Source: Actinomycetes bacterium (GTDB lineage: Bacteria > Actinomycetota > Acidimicrobiia > Acidimicrobiales > JAJYXR01). From it: a stretch of DNA of 64,000 bases. A program made the position numbers and the translations under genes. Each line of letters opens with the position of its first letter. Within the stretch, counting starts at the first letter, position 1. Shown here piece by piece: positions 8,526 through 16,800 of the stretch. Below the pieces are notes generated by a model. The model was given only the letters and a program-made list of their open reading frames with translations, made no database searches and was not told the origin of the DNA. The stretch spans positions 5,051 to 69,050 of the forward strand of contig JAJYXR010000026.1 in NCBI GenBank assembly GCA_021801795.1. The letters run 5' to 3'.

Positions 8526-10160
8526 ATGAAGGGCGGGGACCCGCCCGGAGAGGAGACCGGATACGAGACCGGTTCCCCCAGGCAGATCCGCCGGGCGACA
8601 GCCGCGATGGTGGCCGGCACGGCCCTCTCGCGCATCACAGGGGTGGCCCGCATGTTCGCGCTGGCCTACGCGCTCGGCTTCACGTCGCTCGCGGACGCCT
8701 ACAACCTCGCGAACACGATGCCCAACATCGTCCACGACCTCGTCATAGGGGGGGTCCTGGCCGCGACGTTCGTACCGGTGTTCGTCGACAGGCTGGTGAG
8801 ACGACCTCGAGAAGAGGCCTGGGAGGCCATCTCTGCGGTGACCAGCGTGGCCCTACTGGTCCTCGCGGCTGCGTCCCTCGTCTTCCTGGCCGCCGCCCCC
8901 TGGGTGGTGGACGCGGTGACGGTCCTCATTCACGGCGAGCACGCCCGGCTCCAGCGCGCGGTGGCTACCGAGCTCCTGCGCCTCTTCGTGCCCCAGCTCG
9001 CCGCGTATGGTTTCATCAGCATCGCCACTGCCCTGCTGAACACCACGCGCCGGTTCGCTGCACCGACCTTCGTGCCCGTGGTGAACAACCTGGTGCTGAT
9101 AGCCATGCTGGTCTCCTTCGGGACGGTGGTCCATGGCCCCACGCTCGCGAGCATCCAGGCCCACCGGACCGAGCTGGTAGTGCTGGGCCTGGGCACCACT
9201 CTCGGCGTGGTGCTCCAGGGACTCCTGCTCATCCCCAGCCTGAGACGAGCCGGTCTGGAGCTGCGCTGGCTGCCGTCCTTCCGCCACGAGGCGGTGAGGA
9301 CCGTGGTGCGCCTCTCGGGCTGGACACTCGGTTTCGTCCTGGCGAACCAGGTCGCGCTCATGGTGGTGCTGGCCCTGGCCGAGCGAGTCGGACCGGGCGC
9401 ACTCTCCTCCTATACCTACGCCTATACGGTGTTCCTGCTGCCTTACGGGGTGATGGCCGTTTCGGTGATGAGTGCCGTCACCCCAGAGCTCGCGGCTCAC
9501 TGGGCACGTGACGACGTGAGGCTGTTCAGGAGGCGGCTGGCGACAGGCCTGCGGTCGATACTCGCGATAATCCTTCCTGCGGCAGCCGGAGAGATCGTGC
9601 TGGCACGCCCGCTGGTGGCCTTCATCTTCGGCCACGGAGCAGGGAGCATCGCCAGCACGCTGCCTACCGCCCACGCCCTGGCGATGCTCGCCCTGGGCTT
9701 GCCCGGGTTCTGCGCCTTCCTCTACGCCGTGCGCGTCTTGCAGGCCATCCAGGACACCCGGTCTGCCTTCTGGCTGTACCTGTTGGAGAACCTCCTGAAC
9801 ATCGTGGGCGCGGTCATCCTAGCCGGGCTGCTCGGGCTGGAGGGGATCACGCTATCCATCAGCATCGCCTATACCATCGCCGCCATAGTGGCTTTCGCGC
9901 ACCTGCGCTCGAAGGGCCACGGCCTGGACCTGTCCTACGTCGCGCGCCCTGCCCTGCGGGTAGTGGTGGCCACCGCTGCCCTGGTCGTCGTCGCAGCCGT
10001 CACCTCGAACCTGAGCGGATCGCAGAGCGCCCTGGGCCTTCTGGGCAGGGTGCTTCTCGGCGTCGCCGGTGGGGCAGCTGCATACGCGCTGGTGGCCACA
10101 GCCGGCGCCCTGATCAGCTCCCGCAGGCGTGCGGGCCTGCACCTGATGCGCAGGAACTAG
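8526..10160 (+). CDS. murJ: Lipid II flippase MurJ (MviN)
   Basis: 544 aa polytopic protein. The N-terminus GTALSRITGVARMFALAYALG...LADAYNLANTMPNIVHDLVIGGVL is the MurJ signature. Synteny with Rv3910. Confidence 0.9.
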   Translation: MKGGDPPGEETGYETGSPRQIRRATAAMVAGTALSRITGVARMFALAYALGFTSLADAYNLANTMPNIVHDLVIGGVLAATFVPVFVDRLVRRPREEAWEAISAVTSVALLVLAAASLVFLAAAPWVVDAVTVLIHGEHARLQRAVATELLRLFVPQLAAYGFISIATALLNTTRRFAAPTFVPVVNNLVLIAMLVSFGTVVHGPTLASIQAHRTELVVLGLGTTLGVVLQGLLLIPSLRRAGLELRWLPSFRHEAVRTVVRLSGWTLGFVLANQVALMVVLALAERVGPGALSSYTYAYTVFLLPYGVMAVSVMSAVTPELAAHWARDDVRLFRRRLATGLRSILAIILPAAAGEIVLARPLVAFIFGHGAGSIASTLPTAHALAMLALGLPGFCAFLYAVRVLQAIQDTRSAFWLYLLENLLNIVGAVILAGLLGLEGITLSISIAYTIAAIVAFAHLRSKGHGLDLSYVARPALRVVVATAALVVVAAVTSNLSGSQSALGLLGRVLLGVAGGAAAYALVATAGALISSRRRAGLHLMRRN

Positions 10161-10262
10161 CCTACCGGTGCGACAGCTACACGGTAGGCTGGGCAGATCA
10201 CCCTCCTACCTGGGGGATGATGTGTGTTCGCGCCTGGAGAAGATCTACCGAGGGAGGGGCCG

Positions 10263-11126
10263 ATGCCTGGCATCCATGTGGTGACCGACAGCGCGTCTGA
10301 CATGACACGTTCGATGGCCGAGGACCGCGGCGTTCGGGTCGTCCCCCTCACCATCCGCTTCGGCGACGAGGAGCTGGTCGACCGCACGGAGCTTTCCACT
10401 GCCGACTTCTGGAAGCGCCTGGGGGAGGGCACCGTGATGCCCTCGACGGCAGCCCCGGCACCCGGGGCGTTCCAGGAGACCTTCACCCAGGCAGCAGACG
10501 CCGGAGCTGAGGCCGTGGTGTGCATCTGCCTGTCCTCGGAGCTATCCGCTACCTACCAGTCGGCCTGCACGGCCGCTTCGGCACTCTCCGACCGGATCGA
10601 GGTCAGGGTGATCGACTCGCTGTCGGTGACCGCCGCCCAGGGCATGCTCGTCCAAGCGGCTGTCGACGCTGCCGAGGCAGGCAGGTCCCTCGACGAGATA
10701 GAAGCCGAGGTGCTCTCCAGGCGCGACCGTACGCGCATATTCGCGGTCATAGACAGCCTGGAGTTCCTTCGACGCGGTGGACGCATCGGAGGGGCGGCCG
10801 CACTGCTCGGCTCCATGCTCTCGATAAAGCCGGTGATCGAGGTACGAGAGGGACGCGTGGACACCGAGTCCAAGCAGCGAACCAGGTCTCGCGCCCTGGC
10901 CTACCTGGCCACTAAGGCAGTCGAGGCTGGACCCGGCGGTCGGGTGACCGTAGTCGACGGTGACGCCGACGATGTCCAGGACCTGCTCGACCTGCTGGCG
11001 AAGAGCGACCCGCCGGTCAGCCCCGAGGTGGTCCCCCTGGGGCCTGTGATTGGCAGCCACACCGGGCCTGGCACCATCGGCATGTGCTACCAGGCTGCTG
11101 CTGGCCAGGCACCACCGGGCACCTGA
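10263..11126 (+). CDS. DegV family fatty-acid-binding protein
   Basis: The N-terminus MPGIHVVTDSASDM is characteristic of DegV. About 287 aa. I chose the internal ATG at 10263 over the track start at 10224. Confidence 0.85.
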   Translation: MPGIHVVTDSASDMTRSMAEDRGVRVVPLTIRFGDEELVDRTELSTADFWKRLGEGTVMPSTAAPAPGAFQETFTQAADAGAEAVVCICLSSELSATYQSACTAASALSDRIEVRVIDSLSVTAAQGMLVQAAVDAAEAGRSLDEIEAEVLSRRDRTRIFAVIDSLEFLRRGGRIGGAAALLGSMLSIKPVIEVREGRVDTESKQRTRSRALAYLATKAVEAGPGGRVTVVDGDADDVQDLLDLLAKSDPPVSPEVVPLGPVIGSHTGPGTIGMCYQAAAGQAPPGT

Positions 11127-11172
11127 GCCGCGCCGACCCTACGGGCGTCCTTAGCCGACTAACCTCGCTGGC

Positions 11173-11538
11173 ATGGACGAACGAGGTATGACTGGAGCGG
11201 GCGAGGCCCCATACCCCCACGAGGCCGATTGGCCTGCCCGAGCTGCAGACATGGTGGAGGACGTGGTGGGCACCGTACGCGATCGGGTGGTGCGACCCCT
11301 CGTCATCGCTGCCAGAGGAGCGGTGTTCGGGCTCCTGATAGCGACCATGGCGGTGCTGGCGGGGGTGCTGGTGGCCATCGCCGTGATCCGCCTGCTCGAC
11401 GTCTATGCGTTCGCGAACAGGGTGTGGGCATCGGATGCGCTGGTCGGCTTCCTGTGGTGCATGGCAGGCGCCTATGCCTGGTCTCACCGCAGCCCACGTA
11501 ATACCGGACGGGCTGGTGGATCCGAGGGGAGGGTCTGA
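11173..11538 (+). CDS. Hypothetical small membrane protein
   Basis: Hydrophobic helices (GAVFGLLIATMAVLAGVLVAIAVI, ALVGFLWCMAGAYAW). The stop overlaps the trxB ATG by 1 nt (TGATG). No family was recognised. Confidence 0.5.
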   Translation: MDERGMTGAGEAPYPHEADWPARAADMVEDVVGTVRDRVVRPLVIAARGAVFGLLIATMAVLAGVLVAIAVIRLLDVYAFANRVWASDALVGFLWCMAGAYAWSHRSPRNTGRAGGSEGRV

Positions 11539-12530
11539 TGGGCACGACCGATGCAGGGCGCCATGCTCAGGTAGTCGTCGTCGGGTCCGGTCCCGCAGGT
11601 CTCACTGCTGCCATATACAGCGCCCGGGCGAATCTACGTCCCTTGGTGCTTGCCGGGGAGCCCTCCTCCACGAGTGACCAGCCTGGCGGCCAGCTCATGC
11701 TCACCACCGAGGTCGAGAACTTCCCGGGCTTCGTGGACGGCATATTGGGCCCCGAGCTGATGCAGCGCTTCGAGGAACAGGCAGCCCGCTTCGGTGCCGA
11801 TATCGTCCGACGGCGTGTCACCAGGGTCGACCTGAGTGAGAGGCCGTTTCGCCTCTGGACCAGCGATTCGGCCGGCCAGGAGGAGTCGGTCCCAGACGTG
11901 AGCGCGGATTGCTTGATCGTGGCCACCGGGGCCAGGTCTCTCATGCTCGGGGTCCCGGGCGAAGACAGGCTTCTCGGACACGGGGTGTCCACCTGTGCCA
12001 CCTGCGACGGGTTCTTCTTCCGTGGCCAGGAGATCGCGGTCGTGGGCGGCGGGGACTCCGCTATCGAGGAGGCTGTGTTCCTCACCCGCTTTGCCAGCAA
12101 GGTCACGATCATCCACCGGCGCAAGGAGCTGCGGGCCTCGAAGATCATGCAGGATCGTGCCTTTGCGAACGAGCGTATCGACTTCCGCTGGAACACCGTG
12201 GTGGTCGAGGTGCTCGGCGCTTCGAAGCTCGAGGCCCTGCGTGTGCGTGACACCACCAGCGGAGAGGAGAGCCTCATGGAGCTGGCCGGGCTGTTCGTCG
12301 CGATCGGCCACGAGCCGAACACCGCCCTCTTCCAGGGTCAGCTCGAGTTGGCCGCCAACGGATACCTGGTTACCCATGGGGGATCTTCTACCAGCGTGGA
12401 CGGCGTCTTTGCCTGCGGCGACGTCCAGGACCACGTATACCGCCAAGCGATCACGGCCGCTGGATCTGGGTGCATGGCCGCCATCGACGCCGAAAGATGG
12501 CTCGAGTCAAGCAAACACCGGCGGCCATGA
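11538..12530 (+). CDS. trxB: Thioredoxin-disulfide reductase
   Basis: GSGPAG FAD motif, redox-active CATCDG, GGGDSA NADPH motif. Confidence 0.95.
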   Translation: MGTTDAGRHAQVVVVGSGPAGLTAAIYSARANLRPLVLAGEPSSTSDQPGGQLMLTTEVENFPGFVDGILGPELMQRFEEQAARFGADIVRRRVTRVDLSERPFRLWTSDSAGQEESVPDVSADCLIVATGARSLMLGVPGEDRLLGHGVSTCATCDGFFFRGQEIAVVGGGDSAIEEAVFLTRFASKVTIIHRRKELRASKIMQDRAFANERIDFRWNTVVVEVLGASKLEALRVRDTTSGEESLMELAGLFVAIGHEPNTALFQGQLELAANGYLVTHGGSSTSVDGVFACGDVQDHVYRQAITAAGSGCMAAIDAERWLESSKHRRP

Positions 12531-12598
12531 GCCGGTACTCTGGAGCCGCCGGCATGGAGTGGACCCGGTAGCGTCCCTGACAGGTTAAGGATATATCT

Positions 12599-12925
12599 AT
12601 GAGCGATAGTGTCATCACTTTGAGCGATAGCGATTTCGACCTCCACGTGAAGTCCTCAGAGGTGCCAATCCTCGTGGACTTCTGGGCGGAGTGGTGCGGT
12701 CCTTGCAAGATGGTCGCGCCGATACTCGACGAGATAGCAGCAGAGCACCCGGGGAAGCTGACTATCGGGAAACTGGACATAGACCATAATCTCGACACCA
12801 CCCGGCGTTTCGAGGTAATGAGCATTCCCACTCTCATCCTCTTCGTCGACGGCGAGCCGAAGGTACGGGTGGTGGGTGCCCGGGGCAAGGCTCAACTCCT
12901 GCAGGAGATACAGGCGTACCTCTGA
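12599..12925 (+). CDS. trxA: Thioredoxin
   Basis: 108 aa with the WCGPC active site. Confidence 0.95.
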   Translation: MSDSVITLSDSDFDLHVKSSEVPILVDFWAEWCGPCKMVAPILDEIAAEHPGKLTIGKLDIDHNLDTTRRFEVMSIPTLILFVDGEPKVRVVGARGKAQLLQEIQAYL

Positions 12926-13911
12926 GCATCGAACCACTCTCGACGCTCCCTCTCGCCATAGGCAGCGATGGGGATGCTGTCGCCGACCTCCAGAGGCGGC
13001 TCTCCGCGCTCGGGTTCTCCACTGCACCTGATCCGGCTGCTACCTTCGGTCCTGGAACCCGGGCCGGGGTCGAGGCCTTCCAGCACGCCAGGGGGCTGCG
13101 TATAGACGGGGTCTGTGGTCCCCAGACCTGGTCGGCGCTTGTCGAGGCGGGGTTGCGCCTGGGTGACCGGCTCTTGTACCGGCGCCAGCCGATGCTGAGG
13201 GGGGACGACGTAGCCGACCTCCAGAGGCGGCTCTCCGCGCTCGGGTTCGACACCGGTCGGGTGGACGGCATATTCGGTCCGCTGACTGCTACCGCTCTGG
13301 CCGAGCTCCAGAGGAACCTTGGCCTGCCTCCTGACGGAATATGCGGCAGGAGCACCCTCTCGGAACTGTTCAGGGTGATGCCCCGCCATGGAGACCCGGA
13401 GCTGGTGACCACCGTGCGAGACCGGGAACTCTTGCGCCAGTCTCCCCGCACGATAGCTAATCGCAGAGTCGCTGTCGGAGAGGAGGGGGGCCTCGATGTG
13501 ATGGTGGCTTCTATCACGCGACATCTGAGTGGATCCGGCGCCGAGGTTATCCCTGTCTGGCACCCCGACGGGTCGGCTCAGGCCTCTATTGCGAACCTGG
13601 CCAGAGCAGACGTCTACATAGGATTGAGGCTCGACCACCAGTCACGCTGCTGCAAGGTCGCGTACTACGCCGGATACCGTTACGAGTCTCCTGGAGGGAA
13701 GCGGCTGGCAGAGTCGGTGATGCATCATGTGTCAGAGGCTCTGGATATAACCGGGTCCGTGAGAGGCATGTCGGTGCCGGTGTTGAGAGAGACCCAGATG
13801 CCCGCTGTCATCTGCGAGGTGGGCTCTGCCTCCGACGTGGTCAGAAGAGGCCCGGAGCTGTCCGCTGCGGTGTCGACCGCTGTAGCCGCCTGGGCAGAGT
13901 CCCCTCTGTGA
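12922..13911 (+). CDS. CwlM-like protein: two PG_binding_1-type repeats plus a degenerate Amidase_3 domain (5' boundary unresolved)
   Basis: The frame is open from 12790. Two repeats (GDAVADLQRRLSALGF... and GDDVADLQRRLSALGF...) are followed by an amidase_3-like domain ending at 13911. The first ATG/GTG/TTG in frame is the TTG at 13153, which would remove repeat 1. The start given (CTG at 12922, overlapping the trxA TGA) is a guess. Synteny with Rv3915 cwlM. Confidence 0.7.
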   Translation: MSIEPLSTLPLAIGSDGDAVADLQRRLSALGFSTAPDPAATFGPGTRAGVEAFQHARGLRIDGVCGPQTWSALVEAGLRLGDRLLYRRQPMLRGDDVADLQRRLSALGFDTGRVDGIFGPLTATALAELQRNLGLPPDGICGRSTLSELFRVMPRHGDPELVTTVRDRELLRQSPRTIANRRVAVGEEGGLDVMVASITRHLSGSGAEVIPVWHPDGSAQASIANLARADVYIGLRLDHQSRCCKVAYYAGYRYESPGGKRLAESVMHHVSEALDITGSVRGMSVPVLRETQMPAVICEVGSASDVVRRGPELSAAVSTAVAAWAESPL

Positions 13912-13982
13912 GGCCATACTGACTCCACCAGGTTGGTTCCAGGTGCGGGATACACCGGCTCTCACCAGGAACGACCTCGTGT

Positions 13983-14011
13983 ATCCACAACCTCATGCAC
14001 AGGTTGTGGAT
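13983..14011. repeat. Perfect 11-bp inverted repeat (ATCCACAACCT-N7-AGGTTGTGGAT) carrying two DnaA-box-like 9-mers
   Basis: Read directly. GTATCCACA and (reverse complement) TGATCCACA each match TTATCCACA at 8 of 9 positions. It lies in the lower-GC convergent spacer between the cwlM-like gene and parB. Confidence 0.8.
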
Positions 14012-14136
14012 CAACCTGCAGATACCGTGGAAGGTTGAGTCATCGCGCTGAGCGCGAAACCCCTGGTCAGAAAACGTGCTTGCCACCTGTGGGCACTGTC
14101 GGTGGTACATACACCATTAGATGAGGAACAGGCTGA

Positions 14137-15108
14137 TCAGGCCCCTACCATCAGCTTGTATATACGCTCCAGGTCCTCGAGCGTCGCAAACTCTACTATC
14201 ACCTTCCCACGCTTGCCGCCCATCTCCACCTTCACGCGTGTGTTCAGATGACCAGACAATAGCTCTTCGAGCTCCAGAACCCCAGGTGCAGGCAGCCTCC
14301 TCCTGTCATCGACTGCTGCCGATGGACCTCTAGCAGCAGATTCCGGCCCTTGCCTGCTGGGCTGGTCGACATGGGCTGCGGTGCCGGAGTCTATTGAAGC
14401 GGTGCCGGCGTCCTCACCCACGCCGTCCATGGCTGGAGGTCTCGTCCTCCGCCGTACTTCCTCCTCGACTGCGCGCACGGTCAAGTTCTCCACCACGATC
14501 CTGCGTGCGAGCTCCTCCTGAAGAGATCTATCAGGGGTGCCGAGGAGCGCCCGGGCATGCCCTGCTGTCAGCTCCCCATCGGCCAGCGCTCTCTGCACAC
14601 CGGCGGGGAGCTGCAGGAGCCTGAGCATGTTGGTGACGGCAGTCCTGCTCTTTCCCACCCGCGATGACACCTGGTCGTGGGTGTAGGAGAACTCGTCGAT
14701 TAGCTGCTGGTATGCCGTAGCCTCCTCTATCGGGTTCAGATCCTCCCGGTGGAGGTTCTCCACCAGTGCCTGTTCCAGGCTGTGAAGGTCGGTGGTCGTC
14801 TGAACCAGAGCCGGGATCGTCTGGAGGCCCGCACGTCTGGCGGCACGCCATCTTCTCTCCCCAGCGACCAGCTCGTACTCGTCTTCCTCTATCTCGCGTA
14901 CCAATACCGGCTGCAGTATGCCGAGCTCTCGTATCGAGGCGGCCAACGACGACATCGAGTCCTCGTCGAAGTGGGTGCGTGGCTGTAGTGGATTCGGTCT
15001 GATGCTGGTTATGGGTAGCTCCCTCAGGCTGGACGAACGGTCACCGACTGCCTCCGTCGGGATGAGTGCCCCCAGGCCTTTGCCAAGCCCGCTCCTTCTA
15101 GCCACCAC
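14137..15108 (-). CDS. parB: Chromosome partitioning protein ParB
   Basis: N-terminal GLGKGLGALIP box, the VAGERRWRAARRAGL ParB box and an HTH region. Overlaps the parA stop. Confidence 0.95.
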   Translation of the reverse strand: MVARRSGLGKGLGALIPTEAVGDRSSSLRELPITSIRPNPLQPRTHFDEDSMSSLAASIRELGILQPVLVREIEEDEYELVAGERRWRAARRAGLQTIPALVQTTTDLHSLEQALVENLHREDLNPIEEATAYQQLIDEFSYTHDQVSSRVGKSRTAVTNMLRLLQLPAGVQRALADGELTAGHARALLGTPDRSLQEELARRIVVENLTVRAVEEEVRRRTRPPAMDGVGEDAGTASIDSGTAAHVDQPSRQGPESAARGPSAAVDDRRRLPAPGVLELEELLSGHLNTRVKVEMGGKRGKVIVEFATLEDLERIYKLMVGA

Positions 15109-15940
15109 TTACCTCCTTTGCCAGCTCCCGGTAGGCAATCGCCCCCCGGGAAGTCGGATCGAAAACCGTAATTGGCTGCCCGAATGAAGGCGCCTCTGAG
15201 ATTCTCACCGTCCGCGGCACTACGTTACGGCACACGCGGGCTCCGAAGTGCTCCCTCACCTCGGAGGCCACCTGATCGGCAAGCTTCGTCCGGGCGTCGT
15301 ACATGGTTAGCACTATGGTGGTTACCTCTAGGCCCGAGTTCAGGTTCGTCTGCACCAGGTGAACGTTCCTCAATAGCTGACCCAATCCCTCCAGTGCGTA
15401 GTACTCGCACTGGATCGGCACAAGCACCTCCCGCGCGGCAGCCAGGCCGTTCACGGTTATGAGGCCCAGGGAAGGCGGGCAGTCGATCAGTACGAAGTCG
15501 AAATCCTCGAGCACTGGTTCGATGGCGCGTCGTAGCCTCAGCTCCCTGCTGAACATCGGAACCAGCTCGATCTCTGCACCAGCGAGGTCTATGGTCGCCG
15601 GCGCTACGAAGAGGTTCTTCATGCTGGTCGGCTCGATGCAGTCTTCCAGCGGGGTCTCACGCATCATGACGTCGTACATCGACTGCTCGAAGTTGCGAGC
15701 GTCTACTCCGAGCCCGGTGGTCGCGTTGCCCTGGGGATCCAGGTCTATCACGAGAACCCGGTATCCCATCTCCGCTAGACTGGCCCCAAGGTTCACGGCG
15801 GTGGTGGTCTTTCCAACCCCGCCCTTCTGGTTGGCAACAGCTATGACCCGAGGCAGATCTGGCCTCTTGTGCTGGACCGACCCCTCTTCATCGCCGCTGC
15901 CCGCCTTCTTACCAGCCTTATCTGCCTTGGCATTGGTCAC
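15098..15940 (-). CDS. parA: Chromosome partitioning ATPase ParA/Soj
   Basis: Deviant Walker A motif NQKGGVGKTTT; ParA family throughout. Confidence 0.95.
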   Translation of the reverse strand: MTNAKADKAGKKAGSGDEEGSVQHKRPDLPRVIAVANQKGGVGKTTTAVNLGASLAEMGYRVLVIDLDPQGNATTGLGVDARNFEQSMYDVMMRETPLEDCIEPTSMKNLFVAPATIDLAGAEIELVPMFSRELRLRRAIEPVLEDFDFVLIDCPPSLGLITVNGLAAAREVLVPIQCEYYALEGLGQLLRNVHLVQTNLNSGLEVTTIVLTMYDARTKLADQVASEVREHFGARVCRNVVPRTVRISEAPSFGQPITVFDPTSRGAIAYRELAKEVSGG

Positions 15941-15989
15941 GGTGCACCATACTTCACTCTTGGAGCCGCCAGGTCAAGTACGCCGACGT

Positions 15990-16005
15990 GGTTTCACGTG
16001 AAACA
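15990..16005. other. parS centromere-like site (GGTTTCACGTGAAACA)
   Basis: Matches the tGTTTCACGTGAAACa consensus at 15 of 16 positions. Palindromic. Located in the parA-rsmG spacer. Confidence 0.85.
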
Positions 16006-16035
16006 TCAGGAACCCTCTTGCCGGGCAGGTGCTTG

Positions 16036-16773
16036 CTAGGCTCGTGGCCTGAATATGGGCCTCTTCGCCGGTATACCCACCGCCCTCGGGTACTTGTCCG
16101 GACACGGAGAGGCCTGCCTGAGAACCTGGTAGTGAAACGGGCTGCTACTAGCGACAAGCGGCTGCATCCCCAGAATGGCAAGACCATCTGGTGGCCAGCG
16201 GCCGCTTGACCCCGGGTCGCCTGGGGGATCTGGAGGTTCTGATACCACCAGCAGGCCCCCGGTCATCAAGAAGCCCGCTGCACACTCTGCAGTGACTGCT
16301 GGGGGACCGAATGATCTTGCTACAGCCAGATCGAACGCAGCCCTCATGTTCGGGTCTCGAGCTGCTGCCTCGGCTCTTTCCTCCACCACATCCACACGGG
16401 TACCTAGGGCCAGTCTATCTACGGACTCGCGTAGGAACGTTGCACGCCGGCGGTTCGACTCCATGAGAACGAATCTGGTAGTAGTCCACCGTGTGGCAAG
16501 CACCAACCCAGGTAGGCCGCCACCGGAGCCAAGATCCACTACTCTGGCCGGAATCCAGGATCCGTCAGTAGGGGTGTTCATGGCGGCAGCAGGGCCGGGA
16601 GATGCTCGATGCTGGTCGACACGGCTGACAGGCAGGTTCGACGGCTCGATCTCCTCTAGCGCAGTAGCGAACCCGAGAGCATGAGCAGCCTGGTAATCCA
16701 GCTCCGAGGAACCGAGAAATCCCATGGACCTGGCTCTCGACAGCACCAACGCGAGCTCTGGATCCAGGTTCAC
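16036..16773 (-). CDS. rsmG: 16S rRNA (guanine527-N7)-methyltransferase RsmG/GidB
   Basis: SAM-binding motif VVDLGSGGGLPGLVLA. Conserved position between jag and parA. Confidence 0.9.
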   Translation of the reverse strand: MNLDPELALVLSRARSMGFLGSSELDYQAAHALGFATALEEIEPSNLPVSRVDQHRASPGPAAAMNTPTDGSWIPARVVDLGSGGGLPGLVLATRWTTTRFVLMESNRRRATFLRESVDRLALGTRVDVVEERAEAAARDPNMRAAFDLAVARSFGPPAVTAECAAGFLMTGGLLVVSEPPDPPGDPGSSGRWPPDGLAILGMQPLVASSSPFHYQVLRQASPCPDKYPRAVGIPAKRPIFRPRA

Positions 16774-16800
16774 GCTACGCAGCTCCGGCGAACCTGTGGA

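Noticed and set aside
10161-10188. Inverted repeat CCTACCG-N14-CGGTAGG right after the murJ stop, as a possible terminator
   Set aside because: It has a 7-bp stem with a 14-nt loop and no T-tract. That is too weak to call an intrinsic terminator from sequence alone.
12915-12930. Idea that the cwlM-like protein is made as a Trx-CwlM fusion by programmed frameshifting at the trxA stop
   Set aside because: No slippery heptamer or stimulatory structure is evident around 12915-12930. A non-canonical start or a truncated N-terminus is simpler.
16128-16140. Additional parS candidates: the half-site GTGAAAC inside rsmG near 16133, and CACGTGAA-containing strings in trxA (about 12646), at about 40466 and at about 61846
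   Set aside because: Only one half of the 16-bp palindrome is matched in each case, and all lie in coding sequence. They are not convincing ParB sites.
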